64,000 nucleotides of DNA from Candidatus Latescibacterota bacterium (GTDB lineage: Bacteria > Latescibacterota > UBA2968 > GCA-2709665), in assembly GCA_965219995.1 (NCBI GenBank), contig CBDCOX010000002.1:736001-800000 (forward strand), written 5' to 3'. A program made the translations under genes and the position numbers. Below the pieces are notes generated by a model. That model ran no database searches and was not told the DNA's origin. It saw only the letters and a program-made list of their open reading frames with translations. Shown here piece after piece: positions 40,097-51,978 of the stretch. Each line of letters starts with the position of its first letter. Position 1 is the first letter of the stretch.

Positions 40097-42184
40097 ATGG
40101 CCTTGGACCTGCTCCTCATCCTGATGATCCCCGTACTGCCCCTTGCGGCTTTTGCCATCCAGGCGTTCTGGGGGCGGCGCCTGCCCCGCGGGGGCGATTG
40201 GATACCCCTCGCTGCAATTTCCATTTCGTTTCTTCTTTCTCTCCGGTACTTCATCCTCGCGCTTTCTGCATACGATCCGGCCTGGCGCCTCGAATTCGAT
40301 TCGTGGATCTGGCTGGATCTGAGCATTGCGAAAATCGCCGTTGGCCTGCTGGTCGATAATATCACCGCCGTCATGTTGATCGTTGTCACGGTCGTAAGCG
40401 GACTGGTGCATCTCTATTCGGTCGGCTATATGCACGGAGACCCGCGCTATTCGCGGTTTTTCGGGTTCCTGGCCATTTTTTCGTTCTCGATGCTGGGCCT
40501 GGTTCTGGTCGATAATTTCCTGCTGCTTTACGTATTCTGGGAACTCGTGGGGCTCTCTTCCTATCTGCTGATCGGCTTCTGGTACGAAAAGCCTTCGGCG
40601 GCTGCGGCATGCAAGAAAGCGTTCCTGGTAAACCGAGTGGGGGACCTGGGCTTTTTCGTGGGCATCATGATCGTTTTCTGGAAGGTCGGCGCTTTCGATT
40701 ACGCGAGTGTCTACGACGGGGTTGCCAGCGGGAGGCTCGGCGGGGGACTGCTGACGGCTGCGGGTCTATGCCTGTTCTGCGGCGCGGTGGGCAAGTCGGC
40801 GCAGTTTCCACTGCACGTCTGGCTGCCCGACGCCATGGAAGGTCCCACGCCCGTCAGCGCCCTGATCCATGCGGCGACCATGGTTGCCGCGGGTGTGTAT
40901 ATGGTAACGAGGATGTTCCCGATCCTCACGCCGGACGCGCTTGTGGTGATTGCCTACATCGGAGCGATCACGGCAATTCTGGGCGCGACCATCGCCGTGG
41001 CGCAATACGATATCAAACGCGTCCTGGCATATTCGACCATCAGCCAGTTGGGATACATGATTATGGGACTGGGCGTCGGCGCGTACGTGGCCGGGTTTTT
41101 TCATCTGATGACGCACGCGGCGTTCAAAGCCTGTCTCTTCCTCGGATCCGGCAGCGTCATCCACGCGGTCGAACACGCGTTCCATAAGACACATAACGAC
41201 CTCGACCCACAGGATATGCGGAATATGGGCGGGCTCCGGGCGAAGATGCCGCTGACCTTCTGGACCTTTCTGATTGCGACCGTGGCCCTGTCGGGCGTGC
41301 CGCTGACCTCCGGATTCCTCAGCAAAGATGCAATACTGGCCGGAGCGCTGGGGTTCGGCGGTTTCTCCCGGCCGGTCCATTTCCTGCTGCCGTTGATCGG
41401 GTTTGCCGCGGCCGGATTGACGGCCTTTTACATGTTCCGGCTGATTTTCCTTACGTTCTACGGAAAGCCGCGGGAGGAGTCCCTTGTCGAAAACGCCCAC
41501 GAATCCCCTCGCGTAATGACCGTTCCGCTGATCGTGCTCGCGGCACTGAGTTTCTGGATCTTCTATGCCTGGAACCCGCTTGGGGGAGAGGGCTGGTTTC
41601 ACCACCTCGTGAGGGCGCCTGAAGTGGGGCTGCAAGCCGCTGGCAGCGAACCGCTGCCGGTTGGAGCCGGCGCCGATGTTTATGCGGCCGGATCGGGCAA
41701 CGACGCTGCCCACGCGGCGCACTACCCGGCGATGGTTCTCTCGCTGCTGGTTGCCGGGGCCGGCATCTATACGGCATATCGCAAGTACTACAACCGGCGG
41801 GAGGAGATGATCGCACTGGAGGCGTCGTCGCTTCAATCGGGTGGATTCTTCCGAACGTTGAACCGCAAGTGGTATTTCGACGAACTGTACGAAGCCAGCT
41901 TTGTCCGGGCGGTCATGGTCGGACGCACGGTATTGGACTGGTTCGACGCCCACATTGTAGACGGGCTCGTGAATCTGTCCGCGACGTTAACCCGGGGCAT
42001 TTCCTTTATCGATCGCCTGTTTGACGAATGGGTGGTCGACGGCCTCGTGAACGCCGTTGCCGCTGTGATCAGGTGGGCCGGCGGCGGGTTGAGACGCATT
42101 CAGACAGGACGCCTCCAGACGTACGTGGTTCTGGTGATGGGAGGCATTCTGGCGCTGATGGTCATCAGATTGATGGTTGCATGA
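40097..42184 (+). CDS. nuoL: Complex I subunit L
   Basis: GKSAQFPLHVWLPDAMEGPTPVSALIHAATMV. Confidence 0.96.
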   Translation: MALDLLLILMIPVLPLAAFAIQAFWGRRLPRGGDWIPLAAISISFLLSLRYFILALSAYDPAWRLEFDSWIWLDLSIAKIAVGLLVDNITAVMLIVVTVVSGLVHLYSVGYMHGDPRYSRFFGFLAIFSFSMLGLVLVDNFLLLYVFWELVGLSSYLLIGFWYEKPSAAAACKKAFLVNRVGDLGFFVGIMIVFWKVGAFDYASVYDGVASGRLGGGLLTAAGLCLFCGAVGKSAQFPLHVWLPDAMEGPTPVSALIHAATMVAAGVYMVTRMFPILTPDALVVIAYIGAITAILGATIAVAQYDIKRVLAYSTISQLGYMIMGLGVGAYVAGFFHLMTHAAFKACLFLGSGSVIHAVEHAFHKTHNDLDPQDMRNMGGLRAKMPLTFWTFLIATVALSGVPLTSGFLSKDAILAGALGFGGFSRPVHFLLPLIGFAAAGLTAFYMFRLIFLTFYGKPREESLVENAHESPRVMTVPLIVLAALSFWIFYAWNPLGGEGWFHHLVRAPEVGLQAAGSEPLPVGAGADVYAAGSGNDAAHAAHYPAMVLSLLVAGAGIYTAYRKYYNRREEMIALEASSLQSGGFFRTLNRKWYFDELYEASFVRAVMVGRTVLDWFDAHIVDGLVNLSATLTRGISFIDRLFDEWVVDGLVNAVAAVIRWAGGGLRRIQTGRLQTYVVLVMGGILALMVIRLMVA

Positions 42185-42235
42185 CCTGCAGTGCAGCGTG
42201 TGGCGTGAGATTTCGATGAGGGAGGTAGCCGACAG

Positions 42236-43813
42236 ATGGCTCAATGGATTCTGACATTGTTGACGTTTATTCCCGTACTCGGCGCCGTGGTGATTTTACT
42301 CCTGCCCGGAAAGTCGGTGGATGCGATTCGCCGGGTTGCGCTGGCTGCGACCGGGCTTTGTCTTCTGCTGGCGGTCTGGCTGTTCCAGGATTTCGATCGG
42401 TCCGTGCCCGATATGCAATACGAAGTGCAGCTGCCCTGGATCGAGTCGTTCAACATCCAGTATTACATGGGTATAGACGGCCTGAGCGTCTCGATGGTGC
42501 TGTTGACGGCGCTGCTGGGCTTCCTTTGCGTTCCCGCATCATGGAACATCCAACGGGGGGCAAAGGGATACTTCGCACTGTTTCTGCTGCTCGAGACCGG
42601 AATGCAGGGTGTGTTCGTGTCGCTCGATTTCTTTCTGTTCTACGTGTTCTGGGAAGTGATGCTGTTGCCGATGTATTTCCTGATCGGGATCTGGGGAGGC
42701 CCCCGAAAGGAATATGCGGCCATCAAATTCTTCCTTTATACATTGGCGGGCAGTGTACTGCTGTTGCTGGTGATGCTCGCGTTCTACTTCAACGTCACAG
42801 ATCCCGATACGGGGAAACACACGTTCAATATGCTGGTGATGATGGACCAGGCGAACCACTCGGAGTGGCTGCGGGCCGGAATGATCTTCGGGTATTCGGC
42901 TCCGGTTATGATCTGGTTTGCCATGTTCATCGGCTTCGCCATAAAGGTGCCGCTGTTCCCGTTCCACACCTGGCTTCCCGATGCCCACGTCGAGGCGCCT
43001 ACTGCCATCAGCGTGATTCTGGCGGGCGTGCTCCTGAAAATGGGCACGTACGGCATTCTAAGATTCAACTATCCGATGTTGCCGGACGTGACCCGCGATT
43101 TCAGCTATTTTCTGGCTGTGATCGGGGTCATCAACATCATCTACGGCGCGCTCGTCGCGATGGCGCAGTCGGACCTGAAGAAGCTGGTGGCGTATTCGAG
43201 TATCAGTCACATGGGGTTCGTAATGCTCGGAATGTCCTCGTTTACGCCCCACGGTATCAACGGCGCGGTATTCCAGATGTTCAACCACGGCACCATAACG
43301 GCGATGTTGTTTCTGCTGGTGGGCGTTATATACGACCGGGCGCACCATCGGTATATCGTGTATCCCAACGATTACGAAGATCCCGATTTGCGCGGAAAAC
43401 TGGGATTCGGCGGGCTGTGGTCGCATATGCCGGTATACGGAAGTCTGACGATGGTGGCGTACTTCGCCGCCCTGGGGTTGCCGGGCCTCTCGGGATTTAT
43501 CAGTGAGGCGCTCTGTTTCCTGGGCGCATTCCAGGTCCATCGCACCATGACCATCTTGGGCACGCTCGGGGTGCTTCTGGGCGCTGCGTATATGCTCTGG
43601 GCTTTTCAGCGACTGTTCATGGGGCCGTTTAACGAACGGTGGAAAGACCTGCCCGAGATTAACGGCCGTGAGATTTTCAGCCTGGCGCCGCTGGCGGTCA
43701 TTGTTATCGTTCTGGGCATCTACCCCGCGCCGGTTCTCGATCTTCTCGCGCAGTCTCTGGGAGAACTCGTTAAGGACCTGAACGGACCGGTGATGTCCGC
43801 GTTGCAGCGGTAG
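42236..43813 (+). CDS. nuoM: Complex I subunit M
   Basis: FWE, KVPLFPFHTWLPDAHVEAP, YSSISHMG. Confidence 0.96.
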   Translation: MAQWILTLLTFIPVLGAVVILLLPGKSVDAIRRVALAATGLCLLLAVWLFQDFDRSVPDMQYEVQLPWIESFNIQYYMGIDGLSVSMVLLTALLGFLCVPASWNIQRGAKGYFALFLLLETGMQGVFVSLDFFLFYVFWEVMLLPMYFLIGIWGGPRKEYAAIKFFLYTLAGSVLLLLVMLAFYFNVTDPDTGKHTFNMLVMMDQANHSEWLRAGMIFGYSAPVMIWFAMFIGFAIKVPLFPFHTWLPDAHVEAPTAISVILAGVLLKMGTYGILRFNYPMLPDVTRDFSYFLAVIGVINIIYGALVAMAQSDLKKLVAYSSISHMGFVMLGMSSFTPHGINGAVFQMFNHGTITAMLFLLVGVIYDRAHHRYIVYPNDYEDPDLRGKLGFGGLWSHMPVYGSLTMVAYFAALGLPGLSGFISEALCFLGAFQVHRTMTILGTLGVLLGAAYMLWAFQRLFMGPFNERWKDLPEINGREIFSLAPLAVIVIVLGIYPAPVLDLLAQSLGELVKDLNGPVMSALQR

Positions 43814-43885
43814 TCGATTAACGGAAAGTCCGCTTTTCTGAACGTCAGCGCGGTACGGGCTCGACGCAGACCGGAGGACGACTTT

Positions 43886-45415
43886 TTGGCCGATGCCATC
43901 GAAAACGCGATCGCAGTGAATCTGGACGGCCTGCAATACATCTGGCCGGAGATCATCGTCACGCTGGCTATTATCGGCATTGTGACCGTCGATCTGGTCC
44001 TGACCGGAAAGAAGAAGGCGGTGTTGACGGCGCTGACGCTTCTCGTGCTCGTGCTCTGCCTGTTTTCGATTGCGGGGTTGTACGACGAGGCGCCCGGCTC
44101 TTTGTTCATGGGAATGATCGCCCTGGATGGCTTCGCCCTGTTCTTCAAACTGCTGATTGTGGTCACGACGATCGTGGTCACGCTGTTCGGTCTGCAGTCG
44201 CGGGACATCGACGCCGATCGCATCGGTGAATTCTACGCACTCTTTCTCTCTGTTGTTCTGGGCGGCTTCCTGATGGCCGGCGCCGCGAACCTGCTGATGA
44301 TGTATCTGGCGCTCGAACTGGTCAGTCTGCCGTCGTATGTGCTGGCCGGCTATCAGAAGCAGGTCCGGCGATCCAATGAGGCAGCGCTGAAATACGTGGT
44401 GTACGGCGGGGTGTCGTCCGGCATCATGCTGTACGGGTTTTCATTGATCTACGGATTGACAGGGACGCTGGACATTTACGGTATTGCGGCTCACCTGGGA
44501 ACCACCGCGCCTTACGAACTGACGCTGTTTCTCGGCGCGACGCTCGCGATGGCGGGGTTTGGCTATAAGGTGGCCTCGGTTCCATTTCATTTCTGGTGTC
44601 CTGACGTCTACGAGGGTGCGCCCACACCCGTGACGGCGTTTTTCTCGGTTGCGCCGAAAGCGGTCGGTTTCGCTATGCTGGCGCGGTTCTTTTACGTGGG
44701 TCTGTCCGCTTACGACGGCGCTTCGGGCACCGGCGCCGCGTTGGGCGTGGCCTGGCCGCAGTTGCTCGCCGTTATTTCCGCATTTACGATGACGCTGGGC
44801 AATCTGACGGCCATCTGGCAGCGAAACCTGAAGAGGCTGCTGGCGTACTCGAGTATCGCCCATGCGGGTTACATGATGATGGGTGTGGTGATGCTGTCGG
44901 CGGCGGGTCTGAAAGCCGTGATGTTTTATGCGGGCGCGTATCTGTTTATGAATCTTGGTGCATTCCTGGTCGTTCTTCTGTTGGCCGAAAAAATCGACAG
45001 CGAAGACATTGACGATTACAGGGGTCTGGGCTGGCGGTCGCCGTGGATTGCGCTGGCGATGTCCGCGTTTCTCTTTTCGCTCACGGGATTGCCGCCTACG
45101 GCGGGATTTGTTGGAAAGGTGTATCTGTTTGCCGCGGTGGTTGATGGCGGGCTCTACTGGTTGGCGGTGGTGGGGGCGCTGAACAGCGCCGTTTCCCTGT
45201 ATTATTATGCAAGGGTCGTGCGCGCCATGTACCTGGAGAAGCCTCTTTCCGACACGCCGGTTGTGATGTCTCCGTTTGCCACGGGAACCCTGGCGGTATT
45301 GTTCGTCGGCACGCTCCTGTTTGGTGTGTACTGGGCGCCGCTGGCCGATCTGGCCGAAACGTCTACGGCGATCTTTCTGAACGGAAGTGACGCGGTGCAG
45401 GCGATGGTCCGGTAA
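43886..45415 (+). CDS. nuoN: Complex I subunit N
   Basis: EAALKY, PFHFWCPDVYEGAP, YSSIAHAGY. TTG start uncertain. Confidence 0.95.
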   Translation: MADAIENAIAVNLDGLQYIWPEIIVTLAIIGIVTVDLVLTGKKKAVLTALTLLVLVLCLFSIAGLYDEAPGSLFMGMIALDGFALFFKLLIVVTTIVVTLFGLQSRDIDADRIGEFYALFLSVVLGGFLMAGAANLLMMYLALELVSLPSYVLAGYQKQVRRSNEAALKYVVYGGVSSGIMLYGFSLIYGLTGTLDIYGIAAHLGTTAPYELTLFLGATLAMAGFGYKVASVPFHFWCPDVYEGAPTPVTAFFSVAPKAVGFAMLARFFYVGLSAYDGASGTGAALGVAWPQLLAVISAFTMTLGNLTAIWQRNLKRLLAYSSIAHAGYMMMGVVMLSAAGLKAVMFYAGAYLFMNLGAFLVVLLLAEKIDSEDIDDYRGLGWRSPWIALAMSAFLFSLTGLPPTAGFVGKVYLFAAVVDGGLYWLAVVGALNSAVSLYYYARVVRAMYLEKPLSDTPVVMSPFATGTLAVLFVGTLLFGVYWAPLADLAETSTAIFLNGSDAVQAMVR

Positions 45416-45497
45416 ACGCGCGCGACAAACCGCCCAAACTGCGCGCCGCATCTCTTGCGTCTCTGAGGGCAGACGCCTTTACAGACCTGGCATACTG

Positions 45498-45534
45498 AAG
45501 GCCCCGCGGTATTGAATCGCGGGGCCTTTTTTTT
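45498..45534 (+). terminator. Rho-independent terminator of the nuo operon
   Basis: AAGGCCCCGCG...CGCGGGGCC followed by T8. Confidence 0.9.
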
Positions 45535-45553
45535 CTGATCCGGCATGCAGCGC

Positions 45554-45979
45554 TTATCCCCACGCTTTTCCGCTGGCGCTTCTATTTCGTTTCTTCAGAT
45601 CGCCTTTCTCAACCAGAAAACCGAGCAGATTCTTGCGCCCGAGGGTTCTGAGATAGGTTAATAGAGAGATTTCGGCTTCCTTTGCGTTGAGCTTGTGGGT
45701 TTCGCACAGTTGCTTTATCATCGAAGCCACCGACGTGCGTCCGTCGCACATTTTCCAGACCTGAGAGCCAATCTCATCCAGAACCAGCGTTCGTTTCTCA
45801 GGCACCCAGAAGATTTTGGAGAGGATCTTCACTTTCGTGGTATCCGCACGCTTTAACGTAATTGCGACTTCGTCGTCTTTGTTCGTCTTCCAGTCCAGCC
45901 GGTCGTTCCGGGTGGGCTTGGAGTTGAACATCGCCTCCCGGCTGATCTTGGGCTGTTTTTTTAATGAGAACAGGGACAT
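45554..45979 (-). CDS. PqqD family (RRE-like) protein
   Basis: LDEIGSQVWKMCDGRTSV...YLRTL..KNLL winged-helix pattern. Confidence 0.8.
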   Translation of the reverse strand: MSLFSLKKQPKISREAMFNSKPTRNDRLDWKTNKDDEVAITLKRADTTKVKILSKIFWVPEKRTLVLDEIGSQVWKMCDGRTSVASMIKQLCETHKLNAKEAEISLLTYLRTLGRKNLLGFLVEKGDLKKRNRSASGKAWG

Positions 45980-46045
45980 TCCTTATCCTGTGGTCCAGAG
46001 ATGCCAAAGAAACGTTCGCCGGGCGCTTCAATCCGGTAGAACGGA

Positions 46046-46987
46046 CTATCGGTGGCAGATAACGGCGCTTCGGGCATTCTCGATGTCCGGCACATCCCTG
46101 CGCTTCTTGTAAAAGGTGTGTACCGCATAGATCTTGTTGGCGTGTTTACAGGTCCAGACGCGGGCCTCCATGTACAAGCGCGGTCGCACATTCCAGAACG
46201 GGAGGGGCATCAGCAGACCCCGCCAGCGGCTCTTGGGTCTTCCACACAGGCTCAGGCCGATATGGCCTCCCACGTTGGTTTCTCTCGCGTCCAGATTGAC
46301 CTGGCGCAGGCTCTTGCGGAAGAATTCCCGGTACCAGTCGAGAAGGGTTCGCTTCTTCAGGAGAACTTCGGCAAGGCTGAGCCGGTCGAACTGGAGGATA
46401 TTCCGGCCTTGCTGAAAACAGAGACGAAGGTGTCCGGACTTGAGGTCGTAGGTTTCCAGAGAGAACTGCGGAGGCGACGAACAGACGAAATCGTAAAGCG
46501 CCCACGTCCGGTCACCGTCGGGTGCGGTATCCCGGACGGAGTTGAAAATCCGCCTGATATTTTGCCCGGCGTCCTCATCCAGCTTCGTCCTGATCTTAAT
46601 CAGAAAAAGCCGATCTGACATACTGCTGTAGAAGGCCAGCGCATGGATTCGGTACTCGGCGTGCCAGGCGAACACGACTGGCGAACCCGCATCGGGCAGT
46701 TCCAGCCATCCCGCATCGGGAGTGCGTTCGACGTCGAGTTTCTTCTTTTCCTTGCGGGCACTCTGGGAGAGTCCGTCAACAAAGCGATCGACGACTGGCG
46801 CGACCTTCTGGTCGCCGCGGGCGTCCTTCCACTCGATCTCCAGCCTGGCAAGCGTCGGATCGTCGAGGCGGACGCTGCCCGCCTTGAAATCGCCCGTTAT
46901 CTTACCGGGATTCCACTCCTGTGGGACCTCCACTGTCAGCCCGTGCCATCCGAACAGGGACCAGTCTGAATAACGCAACGACTTCAA
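46046..46987 (-). CDS. Hypothetical protein co-oriented with the PqqD gene
   Basis: Long ORF. TTG at 46987 has a GAGG RBS, and the longer ORF-track start overlaps a promoter-like element. Confidence 0.7.
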   Translation of the reverse strand: MKSLRYSDWSLFGWHGLTVEVPQEWNPGKITGDFKAGSVRLDDPTLARLEIEWKDARGDQKVAPVVDRFVDGLSQSARKEKKKLDVERTPDAGWLELPDAGSPVVFAWHAEYRIHALAFYSSMSDRLFLIKIRTKLDEDAGQNIRRIFNSVRDTAPDGDRTWALYDFVCSSPPQFSLETYDLKSGHLRLCFQQGRNILQFDRLSLAEVLLKKRTLLDWYREFFRKSLRQVNLDARETNVGGHIGLSLCGRPKSRWRGLLMPLPFWNVRPRLYMEARVWTCKHANKIYAVHTFYKKRRDVPDIENARSAVICHR

Positions 46988-47032
46988 GGGGCGCCACCCT
47001 CGGCCAAAAGATTCCGGGATATCGGATGGATA

Positions 47033-47060
47033 AATATACGTACCCCTGCACACCTGTCAA
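47033..47060 (-). promoter_or_regulatory. Putative sigma70 promoter
   Basis: Minus strand TTGACA-N16-TATATT. Confidence 0.5.
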
Positions 47061-47217
47061 GAACTTTGTGCTTTAACTAAGTATAAGTTTTGCAATGACT
47101 TGTATCGATCCATCGCGTCAGGATCGCGTGGATTTCAGTTTTGGCGCCTGTTTCCATTCAATCGCCTATCGGTCTGTTCCGCGGTGGCGGCAATATTCCG
47201 CGCCTCAAAAACAGTGG

Positions 47218-47246
47218 TTGACGAATGAACTAATGTTCACTATATT
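47218..47246 (+). promoter_or_regulatory. lexA promoter with SOS box
   Basis: TTGACG-N17-TATATT with the palindrome TGAAC-TAAT-GTTCA (47226-47239) in the spacer. Confidence 0.8.
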
Positions 47247-47345
47247 CAAATGAGCAGTGCACACTTTGCCGGTCCTTTGCAGGTCAAGCGAAACCGGGCC
47301 GTGGCGTACCCTACCGTATGGCGTTGGTTATTCAGGAGATGCGTG

Positions 47346-47975
47346 ATGCGTCAGAAGCTGACGGACAGACAAAGAGACATTTACGGATTTATCGCCCGGA
47401 CGATACGAGACGGCGGCGCTCCTCCAACAATTCGCGAGACCATGGATGCGTTCAACATCGCTTCCACCAACGGCGTAAGGACCACGCTGGCCGCACTCGA
47501 AAAAAAGGGCTATATCTGCAGACGCCCCATGGTGTCGCGGGGTATCGAGCTGACCGACTTTGTCGAACGCGAAATCCCGGGTGAATCCACGTCGCGAGAG
47601 GTGCCCGTTATTGGGCGCGTGGCTGCAGGGGAGCCCATCCTGGCAACCGAAAACGTCGAGAGTACGGTGGCTGTGGATCGGTCCTTTCTGCCGTCTGAAG
47701 ACGTTTTCGTCCTTCGAGTCAAGGGTGAGAGCATGCGCGATGCGGGGATTCTGGATGGAGACTACGTTGTGGCGCGTCAGCAGGATACGGCGAGTCCGGG
47801 TGAAATTGTCGTGGCGGTGATCGGGGAGGAGGCGACCGTGAAGCGGTATTTCCCCGAAGCCGGTCGGGTAATGCTCATCCCGGAAAACGAGGCGTTCGAA
47901 GCCATCGAGGTTCGTCCGGGCCGGGATGACTTTCGCATCGCCGGAAAGATCGTGGGCCTGATGCGTCGTTTCTGA
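47346..47975 (+). CDS. lexA: SOS repressor LexA
   Basis: LTDRQ, PPTIRE, VAAGEP cleavage site, GESM, EATVKR. Confidence 0.95.
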   Translation: MRQKLTDRQRDIYGFIARTIRDGGAPPTIRETMDAFNIASTNGVRTTLAALEKKGYICRRPMVSRGIELTDFVEREIPGESTSREVPVIGRVAAGEPILATENVESTVAVDRSFLPSEDVFVLRVKGESMRDAGILDGDYVVARQQDTASPGEIVVAVIGEEATVKRYFPEAGRVMLIPENEAFEAIEVRPGRDDFRIAGKIVGLMRRF

Positions 47976-48057
47976 GGTAACGAAGCAGTGGTCCAATACG
48001 CACGCCCCCTTGCTATTCGAGGGGGTTAATTTTGTCTCCGCGGTCCGTGGATCCGGA

Positions 48058-49170
48058 TCAAGCCATCTTCCGAACAAACCGTTTGCCCGGAAGTTGCTCC
48101 GCAACGCCGGCCAGCTCCAGGGAGAGCAATGCCGTCAGCGCGTTTGAGGCCGGCATTTCCGTCCGGTCGGCAATGGCATCGATGTGGGCGGGCACGTCGA
48201 CCGAAAGGCAATTGAAGACCAGACGTTCCGGGTTCGAGAGATTCGCGGGCTCCGCCGCAGTGGGTTCGCGGGTGTATCGAGGCTGGAGTTGTGTCAGGTG
48301 CGGACGGAGTTCGTCCAGAATGTCCTCCACGGATTGTACGAGAACCGCGCCCTGCCTGATGAGCCGGTTTGTGCCGCGGCTTCGGCCTGAGTGAACGGGA
48401 CCGGGGATGGCGAAGACCTCCCGATTTTGTTCCAGGGCCAGCCGGGCGGTAATCAACGCGCCACTGCGTTCACCCGCTTCGATAACCACGACGCCCAGGC
48501 TGAGTCCGCTGATAATCCTGTTACGGCGCGGAAAGTTGTGGGCTTCTGCGGATGCGCCCATCGGGAATTCGGAAACTGCGGCGCCGTTCTCGCTGACGAC
48601 CTGCAACAGGTCCTTGTTTTGCGGTGGATACGGCCTGTCAAGCCCGCTGCCCAATACGGCGACGGTATATCCGCGTGCGGCAAGTGCTCCCCTGTGCGCA
48701 TGAGTATCGATGCCGGTGGCCAGTCCGCTGACCACGGTTATGCCGTGGCGAACCAGTTCTCCGGAGATCTGAAAGGCGATATCCCGACCATAAGACGTGA
48801 ATGACCGGGACCCGACGACGGCGACGGAAGGAAGCGCGCAGGCGTCGATGGCTCCAAGCACATAGAGAATGGGCGGCGGCGCATAGGTTTGACAGAGATA
48901 ACCCGGATAATCAGGGCTCTGTAGAGTCAGAAGGTAGACCCCTTTATCTTCGGCGCGTCGAAGCTGTTCTTCCGCCCAGGACGGGTCGCGTTCCGTGCGG
49001 ATTGCCCCCGCGAGTTCGGGGCCGATACCAGGCACGGAGCACAAGTGTGCGCAGGTCGCTCGCAAGACCTCTCGCGGGCTGCAAAACCGACGCAGCAACG
49101 CGGAGTACGCGACGGGCCCCAGTCCGGACACCGAATGAAGCGTCAACCAGTCTAGGATATCATTGGACAT
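48058..49170 (-). CDS. dprA: DNA-processing protein DprA
   Basis: VVGSR, SGLATGIDT.AH, FPRRNRIISGLS, SGALITA. Confidence 0.95.
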   Translation of the reverse strand: MSNDILDWLTLHSVSGLGPVAYSALLRRFCSPREVLRATCAHLCSVPGIGPELAGAIRTERDPSWAEEQLRRAEDKGVYLLTLQSPDYPGYLCQTYAPPPILYVLGAIDACALPSVAVVGSRSFTSYGRDIAFQISGELVRHGITVVSGLATGIDTHAHRGALAARGYTVAVLGSGLDRPYPPQNKDLLQVVSENGAAVSEFPMGASAEAHNFPRRNRIISGLSLGVVVIEAGERSGALITARLALEQNREVFAIPGPVHSGRSRGTNRLIRQGAVLVQSVEDILDELRPHLTQLQPRYTREPTAAEPANLSNPERLVFNCLSVDVPAHIDAIADRTEMPASNALTALLSLELAGVAEQLPGKRFVRKMA

Positions 49171-49413
49171 CTTGGCAGAGAAAACCGGTTTGTTGCAACC
49201 AGCGGTGGCCACCCGGGCGAGGTGTATGACGGGTTCGATCTACATGAAGGCAATCGGCGTGCCATGAGAAAAGCACGCTATATGGGCGGTGGACACGTGG
49301 CGGGGTGAAAATGGCTTTCAGAATGTGGCGCCGACTTCGAAAGAATCGTGCAGGCCGAATATTGCGGGGACGGGTAACTTCTGCGGGGTCCGGCGACGTT
49401 TGTAAGCGAGTGA

Positions 49414-51018
<1,605 letters not shown>

Positions 51019-51022
<4 letters not shown>

Positions 51023-51978
51023 GATTTCTCCTTTTCGAGTGCCATGTGGGCCAAACCGCCCGCAACGCTGAATGCAGATTGGCTCGTCAGAAAATGCCGC
51101 TGTGAGTCTGGGAGCGTCTCCGTCGTGCATTTCGAAAAAGGCGCGAGGGTTTCGGGTTTCGGAACCTGCGTTGCTTCAAGATGATCCGAAAGAGTCGCGA
51201 TCTGGGCCTTCTCGCCACATAACAGAACCCGACGATAGCCGCGGGACCGGTGTCGAAGCGCATGGCGGCCTCCACCGAGCCAGTGACGTATCGTGGCTTC
51301 TGTTCTTTCCGCGTACGTTTTTGCGTGCGCGTGTACCCCTGCCAACCCGTTATCCGTGTCGGGGAAGTCCAGGCAGGCAGCCTCGGCTGCAATCAGACAA
51401 TTGGATTCCGCCGCCACAAAATAGATCCAGGGTTGTACAACCATGATACCTGCGATCCTGGACCCGGCCTCGTTCTTCATCAGAAGACAGGCGTGAAAGA
51501 GGCCCATTGGCTCTGCTTCCAGCCGAAACTGCCCCACACCAAGGGACAACAGTAATTCAGACCAGAATTCGAAGACCTCCTTGCGGACGGCAAACCAGAA
51601 TGCTGTTCGTCCGGAGGCGACGTAATCCACGATGTACCGGTCGATGGGGTCGACCAGAGTCTGCGATGCCTCCCAGGTGATATATTCCAGCCTGTCGCCG
51701 GCAGAAGCCTGTTCCAGCGGTGTTTTCTGCAGATGGAAGAAGCCGCCTCCCGGAGAAATCACAACCATTCCTGGTGCGTCCCGGACCTCATCGAATCCTC
51801 GCTGTAGACGCTCACCAATGCACTGCCGGACCCGGGCCGGAACAGGCCACCCGGGGAGCAGGGGCGACGTCAGCCTCGATTCCAAAAGGGCACAGAGGCG
51901 ATATCCCGCGTGCGTCCGCTCCAGACTCGCCATCCGAAGCAGACTCCCGGCAATCTGAATTCCCGTTGCCCTGTTCAA
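51019..51978 (-). CDS. Hypothetical protein, degenerate PilM-like (actin-fold)
   Basis: GIQI..SLLRM, WEASQ....IDRYIVDY, VLLCGE, VAGGLA. Overlaps both neighbours by 4 nt. Confidence 0.55.
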
